This document shows, in pieces, positions 15,536 through 24,183 of a stretch of 64,000 nucleotides of DNA. Within the stretch, counting starts at the first letter, position 1. Each line of letters starts with the position of its first letter. This DNA comes from a virus: the IMG/VR virus record IMGVR_UViG_3300010149_000002, positions 14,842 through 78,841 of that record; one strand, given 5' to 3'. The notes beneath the pieces were generated by a model. The model was not told the DNA's origin. It searched no databases and saw nothing but the letters and a program-made list of their open reading frames with translations. Position numbers and translations under genes: made by a program.

Positions 15536-16537
15536 ATGCAATTTAGCAGTAAAAGAAGAGAACAAGCAGGTATTCGATCTCTTGGTGAGCTAAGAAGAAA
15601 GGGTAGGGTAAAGCGTGGAAGCGATCCTGATCTATTCGTTCATGGTACACCAGAGTTTGATTGCTTGGTACATAAATGGAGTCGTAAAGAGGTCTTAGGA
15701 GTCATTGGAGACAGTGGTGTTGGTAAGTCAGAGGTTGTGTTACAAATGATAAAAGACATCCTTGTATCGAATCCTGAGAGCTGTGGAGTATATGTATCAC
15801 TAGAAATGACTGACCAAGAAATAGCAAAGCGTTGGTTTGAAATGACAGGTGACGATGAGGATTTAGCAGACAGGTTATTTATATTATCTAGGTATGACGA
15901 TGAGGGTAAGTCTAGAGAAGGTATTAGTATGCGTTGGATTAAAGAGCAACTAAATATCTATAAAGATGCAATTGGTGATATTAGTTGTTTTGCACTAGAC
16001 CATTTGCATGTATTGGGAGAGAATGACCCAAGTACTTTAAATTCAATTATGGTTGCTGTAAAAGAAATGGCGGTTAACTTAAATTGTTTAGGAATACCAA
16101 TGGCACAGGTCAATAAGAGTTCTGGAGGAAAGGGTGAGATACCTTTAGATGCCGACTCTGTACTTGCTTGTAGTCAATTTAAGTATATCTCTAATAACAT
16201 CATACAAATACATAGACCTATATTGAGATTAGAGGAGGATGCAGGTATAAGTATACTAGGATGGGGATATGCTAAAATTAGAGAGGCTAATAAAGAGGAC
16301 AAGGTAAAAAGAGGTCAGAATAAATTACTAGCTTATGATAGGGACTTAAGATGTATTCGTAAAATGACTACAGAAGAGTACACTATTTTTAAACTATATT
16401 ATAATACTTTATTAGAAATGAAGTCTGCGGAAGAAAGAAGTAAGTCTTTTTCTTATGATTTAACTAAAGAAGTAAAGGGCAAAGACGGTAAAGTTGTCCA
16501 GATTAAAGAGATATTTAGTGGAGATTCAGGTGAGTAA
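15536..16537 (+). CDS. DnaB-like (RecA-fold) replicative helicase
   Basis: Walker A GDSGVGKS, SLEM, LDHL, AQVN motifs. Confidence 0.8.
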   Translation: MQFSSKRREQAGIRSLGELRRKGRVKRGSDPDLFVHGTPEFDCLVHKWSRKEVLGVIGDSGVGKSEVVLQMIKDILVSNPESCGVYVSLEMTDQEIAKRWFEMTGDDEDLADRLFILSRYDDEGKSREGISMRWIKEQLNIYKDAIGDISCFALDHLHVLGENDPSTLNSIMVAVKEMAVNLNCLGIPMAQVNKSSGGKGEIPLDADSVLACSQFKYISNNIIQIHRPILRLEEDAGISILGWGYAKIREANKEDKVKRGQNKLLAYDRDLRCIRKMTTEEYTIFKLYYNTLLEMKSAEERSKSFSYDLTKEVKGKDGKVVQIKEIFSGDSGE

Positions 16538-17042
16538 TGAGGTTTGGAAGGATATTATAGGGTATGAAGGTTTATACAAAGTATCGAACAAAGGTAAAGT
16601 GTATAGCCTTTTATCCAATAAAGAACTTTCTCAAAACAAAACAAATGGGAATGGTTATATAATTTGTACATTGTGTAAGAATAAACAAAAGAAAAATAAA
16701 TATGTACATAGATTAGTAGCCTACCATTTTGTTGAAAACAAAAATAACGATAATATAGTAAACCATATTGACGGTAATCTAAAAAATAATAATGCCGACA
16801 ATTTAGAATGGTGTGACCAAAAAAGAAATGTTAGACATTATATTGAAAATGGTTTAAAATCAGATTACGGAGTAAACTCTCCAAATACAAAATTAAATAA
16901 AAGAGATATATTAGAAATAAGACATTACTTAAAAGAAGGTAGTATCACACAAAAAGAAATAGCTTTAATTTACGATGTTTCTCAGACTACAATTAGTCAT
17001 ATAAACCTTAACAAGAGACATGCTAATCGTGCGGAGGATTAA
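16530..17042 (+). CDS. NUMOD4-HNH homing endonuclease
   Basis: EVWKDIIGYEGLYKVSNKG, VHRLVA, VNHIDGNLKNN..NLEW. Confidence 0.9.
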   Translation: MSNEVWKDIIGYEGLYKVSNKGKVYSLLSNKELSQNKTNGNGYIICTLCKNKQKKNKYVHRLVAYHFVENKNNDNIVNHIDGNLKNNNADNLEWCDQKRNVRHYIENGLKSDYGVNSPNTKLNKRDILEIRHYLKEGSITQKEIALIYDVSQTTISHINLNKRHANRAED

Positions 17043-17254
17043 TGAAGTATTTATTATGTTTTTATTTAGGAGCTTGTATTACTACGGTAGCTTTCTATTA
17101 TAAATTTCCTGTTAACCAAACTAAAAAAGAATATATATCAAGTTGCAGGACAACTTTTAGTGCAGGTCTTTTAACATCTGTTATGAAGAATACTGAAGAT
17201 GAGATTAAACAGGTGCAAAATAAATGGTGTAACATGAGGTTTAGATATGAGTAG
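17042..17254 (+). CDS. Small secreted/membrane protein
   Basis: Hydrophobic N-terminus. Confidence 0.6.
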   Translation: MKYLLCFYLGACITTVAFYYKFPVNQTKKEYISSCRTTFSAGLLTSVMKNTEDEIKQVQNKWCNMRFRYE

Positions 17255-17558
17255 TTTTTTAAGTCATTTAGAAGATTTTTTACATGCAGTAGAATGTGAT
17301 ACAGCTAGGGCTGATAACATAATTGAAATTAAAGTAAAATCTGATTTGTTTTTTATAATAGCACATGAACTTCTAAAGACGGATAGTCGAGGACTTTTTA
17401 CTGACCAGTTAACTAATTTAAAAGAGTGTAAAAGTTATATATTGACTACTAGCTTTTCTAATGTAAAAATAGTAAGAGACGTTGAAGAAGAGATCCAAGA
17501 AAAAAGACAAAAGATAGAGCAATTGAAAAGAGAAATAGAGGAACTAAAAAATGAATAA
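17247..17558 (+). CDS. Hypothetical protein
   Basis: Coupled ORF. Confidence 0.65.
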   Translation: MSSFLSHLEDFLHAVECDTARADNIIEIKVKSDLFFIIAHELLKTDSRGLFTDQLTNLKECKSYILTTSFSNVKIVRDVEEEIQEKRQKIEQLKREIEELKNE

Positions 17559-17853
17559 TAAAATATTATCATACGAAGAATTAAAATATATGTTAAAATC
17601 TCTTGAAGTTTTACAAAAGTTACATAAAGATATATATAATGACGGTGCTTATAGTATTAAGCGTAGAGCAAGACATCAGCAAAGAGCTATGGAACTAAAA
17701 AAAGAGATTAACTTACTTCTAACTGCAATCCACCATGCAAAGCAAGCTAGAAAATTATATGACTATAAAAGATTACACGATCAAGAGGTAATAAGAGGAA
17801 GTTGTACTGCTAATTATATAAGCGGAGTAGGTACTTTAGTTGAGGAGGAGTAA
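17551..17853 (+). CDS. Hypothetical protein
   Basis: Coupled ORF. Confidence 0.65.
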   Translation: MNNKILSYEELKYMLKSLEVLQKLHKDIYNDGAYSIKRRARHQQRAMELKKEINLLLTAIHHAKQARKLYDYKRLHDQEVIRGSCTANYISGVGTLVEEE

Positions 17854-18016
17854 TGTTTAAGTTTATAAAAATAAAAGATCCTGATAATAAATTTGACCTA
17901 GTAGACATAGAGTTCGCTATAGAACAATCTGATCTAACAAAAGCAGAATTGAAAGAGATCTTTAACGAGTTTTTAAGAGCTTGTGGTTACATGGTGAGTT
18001 ATGATGGGGAGGAATA

Positions 18017-18931
18017 GTGCAAGTAAGTATTTTCAAAAAGGCTAAAGCACATCCAAAGAGTAAGGAAGAGAAGATAAAGAACTCTAAATATGCTTCTAGT
18101 CCTTATATGCCGGAGATTGTGGAATTTGACAATGAAGATGGTCTTATAGAACTTATAACTCATTACTCTTGGTCGCCAATGGTATTTGAAACATACCGTA
18201 GAGAGTCCGACTTTGTAAAGACTGATCTAATTGCATTTGACATTGACGATGGCATGACAATTGATGAGGCAGAAAAGGTTGTTGAGGAACTTGAACTAGC
18301 AGCATTGTGTATGCCAAGTACAAGTCATACAGAAGAGCACCATAAGTTTCGACTAATATTCCCATTGTCAAGATCAATCCAATCTATTGATGAATATAAA
18401 GAGACATATGCTAAATTAGCAGAGTACTTTCCAGTTGACCCACAATGTAAAGATGCCTGTCGTTTCTACTTTGGATCTACTGACGATGATGGCTTTTGGA
18501 TAGAGGGTAAACTATATACTCCTGTAAAGCCTAAACCTAAGCTCTCAGAGAGTTTTGATAGGTCACGCTATACTGACACCATAGAAGTTGGTGAAGAGGT
18601 AGAGGACGTTGTGAAGGCTTTATATGGAGAGGATAGAGACAAGATACCAGAGCAAGTAGATTACTTTATAAGAAATGCTCATACTGGTTTATCTGGATAT
18701 TGGCATAATAGTGCTAATAGTTTTGTGTTTACATTGGCTTTACAAGACGTACCATTTGAAAGGGTAGCTGCTGTATTTGAAGAACTAGCACCAGAGCCAT
18801 TAGATGACCATGATGAGTATCTACTTGAAAGGTCGTATGCTGATGGTCAGTCTAAAAGAGAAGATATAGAAAAGGTTGACAGAAAAGAAAAAAGGAGTAA
18901 TAATAGAAGAAGTCGCAGGAGGACTAGATGA
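18017..18931 (+). CDS. Archaeo-eukaryotic-type primase/PrimPol-like protein
   Basis: IAFDIDDG, STSH...KFRLIFPL, DPQCKDACRFYF motifs. Confidence 0.75.
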   Translation: MQVSIFKKAKAHPKSKEEKIKNSKYASSPYMPEIVEFDNEDGLIELITHYSWSPMVFETYRRESDFVKTDLIAFDIDDGMTIDEAEKVVEELELAALCMPSTSHTEEHHKFRLIFPLSRSIQSIDEYKETYAKLAEYFPVDPQCKDACRFYFGSTDDDGFWIEGKLYTPVKPKPKLSESFDRSRYTDTIEVGEEVEDVVKALYGEDRDKIPEQVDYFIRNAHTGLSGYWHNSANSFVFTLALQDVPFERVAAVFEELAPEPLDDHDEYLLERSYADGQSKREDIEKVDRKEKRSNNRRSRRRTR

Positions 18932-19227
18932 GTAAAAACTATAAATTAGAAGATGAACTAAGAAAAGCAGTACAAAATGCTTTGGACTATGTTAATGAAG
19001 ATAATGTTGTAGAGATCTTAACAAAAGAGTTAACAAGCAGGATAGATGATATGTATATGTATCGTCAAGACGCTTTTGGGACGGATCTTAGGAGACGGAT
19101 ACAAGATGAACTTACTAAAAGGTATGTTGAAGACAACTATGAAAAAATACTAAAACACATTGATATGGATACTATAAATAGAGCTATTAACCTGAATGTT
19201 GCTAAGAAATTCTCAAAGGATTTATAA
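18928..19227 (+). CDS. Hypothetical protein
   Basis: Coupled ORF with GGAGG RBS. Confidence 0.65.
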   Translation: MSKNYKLEDELRKAVQNALDYVNEDNVVEILTKELTSRIDDMYMYRQDAFGTDLRRRIQDELTKRYVEDNYEKILKHIDMDTINRAINLNVAKKFSKDL

Positions 19228-19586
19228 TGAAGTTTTTAGAGTTTTTAAACGATAAAGAAAAAATAATAGACGTACCTGTAGAAAAAGAACTTGATGTTCC
19301 TAGATTAAAATTTGAGTTAACTTTTGTTGGAAAAAGGGATGAGGTGGAAATTTATACTGAAATTTCGGACGCACCTGTATCATATAGGGGCATCGTTTGT
19401 AGACAGGAAGAGCTTCTGATAAAAGAGTATGCTATGCTTATGGACTCATTAAAAAGATATGAACTAGATAGCAATAAAAAAGTACTTATGAAAGATTATT
19501 TTACATTAGCAAAAATTGAACTAAAAGATGTAAGTGTTATCAGAAAAACAGTTACTATATATGAGCAACGTGTTGTTAGGACTTAG
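19227..19586 (+). CDS. Hypothetical protein
   Basis: Coupled ORF. Confidence 0.65.
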   Translation: MKFLEFLNDKEKIIDVPVEKELDVPRLKFELTFVGKRDEVEIYTEISDAPVSYRGIVCRQEELLIKEYAMLMDSLKRYELDSNKKVLMKDYFTLAKIELKDVSVIRKTVTIYEQRVVRT

Positions 19587-20004
19587 GACTGTGTTATATT
19601 TAGTAATGACATCTATGATGTATTTGTTCTACACTCCTTTAGAATATGGTAGACATAAAGATTTTAAACCATACATAAAAGAAGTTAGAAGGTTGTCTAA
19701 AGGAAATCTATCTGGCAAGAAAATTAGTATGAACTATACTGAGTATCGTCCAAATGCTCTAGGAACGTGTTTACCTTGGAGAAATGAGATAATAATTAAT
19801 AAAAAACATTGGCAAACCATGAGTCATTATGATAGGATATTATTGATAGCACATGAGATAGCTCATTGTGAAAAAGGTATCAAGCATATTAACGGATTAG
19901 AATTTTGGGGATGTGCAAAGCATTTTATGCACCATCAAGATACAGGCAAGTGGTGTAACAGAACAAGATTTAGAGAGTATGTAAAACAGATGCAGGAGAT
20001 TTAG
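19561..20004 (+). CDS. Membrane-anchored zinc metallopeptidase
   Basis: N-terminal TM helix; HEIAHC...H zincin motif. Confidence 0.7.
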   Translation: MSNVLLGLRTVLYLVMTSMMYLFYTPLEYGRHKDFKPYIKEVRRLSKGNLSGKKISMNYTEYRPNALGTCLPWRNEIIINKKHWQTMSHYDRILLIAHEIAHCEKGIKHINGLEFWGCAKHFMHHQDTGKWCNRTRFREYVKQMQEI

Positions 20005-20240
20005 TGGATAGCAATTCTGGACTTTGTAATGTAAGAATGTGGAAGTTGTTTATGGAAATATTTGACATGGACGATGATTACCTTATGGAAGAGGTCTTAG
20101 CATTAGATTATTATGATCAGCCTCATGTGGAGAGAATTGTAAATAACTATATGCTAAATGGAGGTATTACTCCAGAAGAAAGACAAAGGTTAATTGGATT
20201 CTATATACTTGTATGGGATGACGGAGAATTGGAGGATTAA
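20004..20240 (+). CDS. Hypothetical acidic protein
   Basis: Coupled ORF. Confidence 0.6.
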   Translation: MDSNSGLCNVRMWKLFMEIFDMDDDYLMEEVLALDYYDQPHVERIVNNYMLNGGITPEERQRLIGFYILVWDDGELED

Positions 20241-22516
20241 TGGTCAAAAAAGATTATACAATAATAAACGATAAGAGATCATTCCAAAAAGCACTACAAC
20301 ACGCTAAACAATCAGAATACCTAGCATTTGATACAGAGACTACAGGACTAAATGTAAGAAAAGATAAAGTAATTGGATATTCGTTCTCTGGTGATATTGG
20401 TGTTGGTTTTTACATGCCTTTATATTACTATGACCCATTACAAGAAAAGCTACTAAGACATCCTGTAAACGATCAAGTAGATCATCAAGAATTATTATTT
20501 GCCTTAGCTAACCAAGACCTATTAATGTGGAATGCAAGTTTTGATGTTAGGATGGTTAAAAACAACTTTGGGATTGATTTAGGTGTACCTTTACTTGCAG
20601 ATGTTATGCTTATGAAACACACTGTAGAAGAAGAGGGTAGCTTTAGGTTAAAAGATGTTGCTATCCAATACCAAGAAGAGATTGGGTTAGATATTGAGAG
20701 AGCTGCTAACGAAGAGCAGATTGAACTTAAGGCTAGTATTGAGAAAAATGGTGGAAGCGTTACTAAGACTAATTATGAGCTTTACAAAGGCGATTTAGAT
20801 ATCATTGGTAAATATGCTTGTGCAGATACAGATTTAACTCTTAGACTTGGGGAACTATTTGCAGATAAGTTGGCAGATGAGGACTTAGAAGAATTATATT
20901 ATGACAGCGAGGTAATGCCCCTTTATAAAGAAGTTACAATTAAAATGGAAGAAAAGGGTATAGAACTTGACCTTGATCTAATTAATGAAACTAGGGAATC
21001 TTTACTAAAGGACATTGATAGGTTAGAGTCCGAAGTTATTGAAGATCTCATGGCAACAGAAGCTGCTCAAGATTGGTTTGAGGACTTTCTTTATGAAAAA
21101 TACCCTGTGTCTACTAAAGGTAAATTTGGTCAATATGTTTGCGAATATTTTAATTTAGATCTACCAAAGACTAAATCCGGTAAGTTTAGCTTAACAGAAA
21201 AGTCAATAAAGACAATTAAAACTCCTAATGATGGTAGTGATTTTTTATTAGGTCTTAGTGATTTAGACCAAGAAGATATCTATGAAATTCAATATAAAAT
21301 GCACATGGACAAACAAGGTTCTATTTTAAATATTAGCTCTAAAAAACAACTTGGAGAGGTTGTATTTGATTATATGAATATTGAACCTATATCAAAAACT
21401 GATAAGGGATCACCACAGTTTAATGATACTATGATACAGAAACTAGAAGAAATGGGATTTGAATGGGCTAGAAAACTTGGCAACTATAATAAGCTTATAA
21501 AGATCAAAGGTGCATATATTGATAGGTTTTTAGATGCAGAAGAAGATGGTATGTTTTACCCTAGTTTCTTTCAACATAGAACCATAAGTGGACGCTATGG
21601 AAGCGATATGCAGCAATTGCCTCGTCCAAAAGAAGAGGGAGAACAAGATCCTATAGTACTTAAGTATACTAATATAATTAGAAAATTCTTTATATCTGGA
21701 GAGGGTAGAACCTTTATAGATAACGACTATGAATCACTTGAGCCACATGTTTTTGCACATGTTTCCGGTGATGAAGGATTAAGGGATATTTTTAGAAAAG
21801 GACATGATTTTTACTCAACAATTGCTATTGCAACAGAAGGATTAGAAGGAGTAAGTGCTGACAAAAAAGCTGAAAACTATCTTGGAAAAGTTAACAAACC
21901 ATTGCGTCAAAAGGCTAAAGCGTACTCTCTCGGAGTTCCTTATGGAATGAAGGGGTTTGCACTAGGTATGACTCTTGGAATCCCTACAGAGGAAGCTGAC
22001 AAGCTTATAGAGAACTATCTAAATGGTTTTCCAGAGTTAAAGAAGTGGATGAAAGAGTCCGAAGAAAAGGCACAACATTTGGGATATGTTGATTCAGAAG
22101 TTGGACGTAAAAGACACTTGCCAGAAGTTAAAAGGTTACATAGAATATACGGCAGTAAGTTGCTAGATTATAAATATAGACCAAAGTTAAATAAGAAGTT
22201 TGGAAAGGATGTGGTATTAAATATGTATAGAGATTATAAAAATGGTCTTAATAACGCAAAGAACTTTCAAATCCAAAGTCTTTCAGCTAGTATAGTGAAT
22301 ATGGCTGCTATAGAGATTAATAGAGAACTTGATAAAAGAGGAATTGATGGATGGGTTGCATTACAGATTCACGATCAATTAGTTGTAAATGTTCCAGAAG
22401 AAAGGGCAGAAGAGTGTAGAGAATTAGTGCAAGATATTATGGAAAATAATTATAAACTATCATTAGATTTGAAAGCTCCTGCGGAACTGAGTACGAATCT
22501 AGCAGATGGTCACTAG
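20240..22516 (+). CDS. polA: DNA polymerase family A with 3'-5' exonuclease
   Basis: DTETTGL exonuclease I motif, TISGR, DYESLE (motif A), RQKAKAYSLGVPYG (motif B), QIHDQL (motif C). Confidence 0.92.
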   Translation: MVKKDYTIINDKRSFQKALQHAKQSEYLAFDTETTGLNVRKDKVIGYSFSGDIGVGFYMPLYYYDPLQEKLLRHPVNDQVDHQELLFALANQDLLMWNASFDVRMVKNNFGIDLGVPLLADVMLMKHTVEEEGSFRLKDVAIQYQEEIGLDIERAANEEQIELKASIEKNGGSVTKTNYELYKGDLDIIGKYACADTDLTLRLGELFADKLADEDLEELYYDSEVMPLYKEVTIKMEEKGIELDLDLINETRESLLKDIDRLESEVIEDLMATEAAQDWFEDFLYEKYPVSTKGKFGQYVCEYFNLDLPKTKSGKFSLTEKSIKTIKTPNDGSDFLLGLSDLDQEDIYEIQYKMHMDKQGSILNISSKKQLGEVVFDYMNIEPISKTDKGSPQFNDTMIQKLEEMGFEWARKLGNYNKLIKIKGAYIDRFLDAEEDGMFYPSFFQHRTISGRYGSDMQQLPRPKEEGEQDPIVLKYTNIIRKFFISGEGRTFIDNDYESLEPHVFAHVSGDEGLRDIFRKGHDFYSTIAIATEGLEGVSADKKAENYLGKVNKPLRQKAKAYSLGVPYGMKGFALGMTLGIPTEEADKLIENYLNGFPELKKWMKESEEKAQHLGYVDSEVGRKRHLPEVKRLHRIYGSKLLDYKYRPKLNKKFGKDVVLNMYRDYKNGLNNAKNFQIQSLSASIVNMAAIEINRELDKRGIDGWVALQIHDQLVVNVPEERAEECRELVQDIMENNYKLSLDLKAPAELSTNLADGH

Positions 22517-22627
22517 GGGGTAATATGCCAGAAGATGGTAACAGAGTTGAATTTAAAGAAGGATTTAACATTCCCTTTTTAATAGGATATTGTATGTTTT
22601 TATTTTACCTATCCACATTTTTCTTTA

Positions 22628-22656
22628 TTGACATATTTTAAAAATAATAGTAACAT
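22628..22656 (+). promoter_or_regulatory. Sigma-70 promoter for the RNA cassette
   Basis: TTGACA-17-TAACAT. Confidence 0.65.
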
Positions 22657-22664
22657 TTAATTGT

Positions 22665-22793
22665 AACAGACCAATTCAAGGGTTATGCTAAGAAGCGGTA
22701 CATAATAAGTTACAGGTGTCACATACCTCCTCGATTCAGTAATACTAGTTATATTTTGAACGGGTTTAAAAATTGTGAGTTGGTCGCTGACCA
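22665..22793 (+). ncRNA. Candidate small structured RNA upstream of the tRNA-like gene
   Basis: Starts at predicted TSS; 10-bp terminal stem 22669-22678/22776-22785; ends in CCA. Confidence 0.45.
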
Positions 22794-22799
22794 TTTTAT

Positions 22800-22907
22800 C
22801 GAAATGTAGCTCAGTTGGTTAGAGCACCTGACTATGAAGCAAGCGACTAGGTAACGAAATCGTGAGGCGGAGGGAGGTCGGTGGTTCGATTCCACCCATT
22901 TCGACCA
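22800..22907 (+). tRNA. tRNA-like RNA (Pro-type acceptor end) with an aberrant, expanded anticodon/variable region
   Basis: Acceptor CGAAATG/CATTTCG-A-CCA, D-arm GCTC/GAGC, T-arm GGTGG-TTCGATT-CCACC; 54 nt instead of about 23 nt between D and T arms. Confidence 0.75.
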
Positions 22908-22919
22908 TTAAGGAGTATT

Positions 22920-23474
22920 ATGAATATTAGTTTACCGCCAATGGGCGTTTACATTAGAAACAAATTTACACATCATAAAGATGATCCAAACTACAATGGT
23001 AAGACATGGGGTAGACTTATTGGTATAAGATCTTTACAGAATCAAGCTATGCAGTTTCAAGTGTTATTAGAAACAGGGGCATTGTTTACAGGACTTCCTG
23101 CCCATGCAATATGTTTTGAAGAAGATGCACCTGATAGAAATCTTATAGATTGTCAGATGTGGGACAGTATTAGCTCCAAGATTGATTATGTTCAGTATAA
23201 AACTTTACTTTATATGCCATGTAACTTAAAGCTTCATTCAGGAGAACTTATAAAAGGTGAGTATCTATTTACAATTGACCATGTTGGAGAAGATGACCTA
23301 AGTCGTGATCCTACCGAGTGGAAAATGTTTCATGTTATAAAGTCAGATGAAGGTAATATACATTTATATCCACAATATAGAATACAGTTTTTAGATGATG
23401 CATTATCGTCTAAAGCAGAAGGTGGACTACCAAGATATCAATTTAATGAAACAATATGGAGATTGGGATCGTGA
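22920..23474 (+). CDS. Conserved hypothetical phage protein
   Basis: AAGGAG RBS before MNISL; LLETGALFTGLPAHA motif. Confidence 0.7.
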   Translation: MNISLPPMGVYIRNKFTHHKDDPNYNGKTWGRLIGIRSLQNQAMQFQVLLETGALFTGLPAHAICFEEDAPDRNLIDCQMWDSISSKIDYVQYKTLLYMPCNLKLHSGELIKGEYLFTIDHVGEDDLSRDPTEWKMFHVIKSDEGNIHLYPQYRIQFLDDALSSKAEGGLPRYQFNETIWRLGS

Positions 23475-23902
23475 AAGTTAAAATTAAAAAGTTACACCCA
23501 GAAGCAGTAATACCAAAGTACGCAAAAGATGGTGATGCAGGGATGGATTTAGTTGCTGTTTCTAAAGAATATGATACAAACTTTATGGGCGGAGATGACT
23601 TAATAACATACGGAACAGGATTAGCATTTGAAATACCAGAAGGTTATGTTGGTCTAGTTTTTCCTAGAAGTAGTATATACAAAAAAGACTTAACTTTATC
23701 TAATTCCGTTGGTGTAATCGATAGTGGATATCGTGGAGAAGTTAGTTTTAAGTTTAGAAAAAATGAATATAGAGCTTACGATATTGGAGACAGGATAGGA
23801 CAGATTATTATAATGCCTTATCCTTATATAGAATTTGAAGAGGTAGAAGAGCTGAGTAATACTGTAAGAGGTACTGGTGGCTTTGGGAGTAGTGGTGTTT
23901 AA
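23471..23902 (+). CDS. dut: dUTPase (trimeric)
   Basis: AGMDL, PRSS, GVIDSGYRGE, RIGQ, RGTGGFGSSG motifs. Confidence 0.95.
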   Translation: MKVKIKKLHPEAVIPKYAKDGDAGMDLVAVSKEYDTNFMGGDDLITYGTGLAFEIPEGYVGLVFPRSSIYKKDLTLSNSVGVIDSGYRGEVSFKFRKNEYRAYDIGDRIGQIIIMPYPYIEFEEVEELSNTVRGTGGFGSSGV

Positions 23903-24183
23903 TCTAGATTATATAATTCAAAAATATATAAAATGTAAACTAGGACTTCATATTGTAAGAGTAAGACAGACTCCTCTAAGAGATAGATACGCTGAACCTA
24001 CTTTTTACTGCTTGTGTTGTTATAAAAAACTATGAAACCTTACATTTACCTTACTTTAGTATCACTAAGTTTACTGCGTGGACTTTACTTAGACGATGAA
24101 GAAATTATAATTTGTAGCTTGCTAGTTTTACCATTGTGTTGTATATTTATATTAGGAAACCAAAACAAATAAAGGAGATTAGA

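Noticed and set aside
22828-22860. Hammerhead ribozyme or canonical intron in the tRNA-like insert
   Set aside because: CTGACTATGA does not fit CUGANGA with the required stems, and excision does not rebuild an anticodon stem
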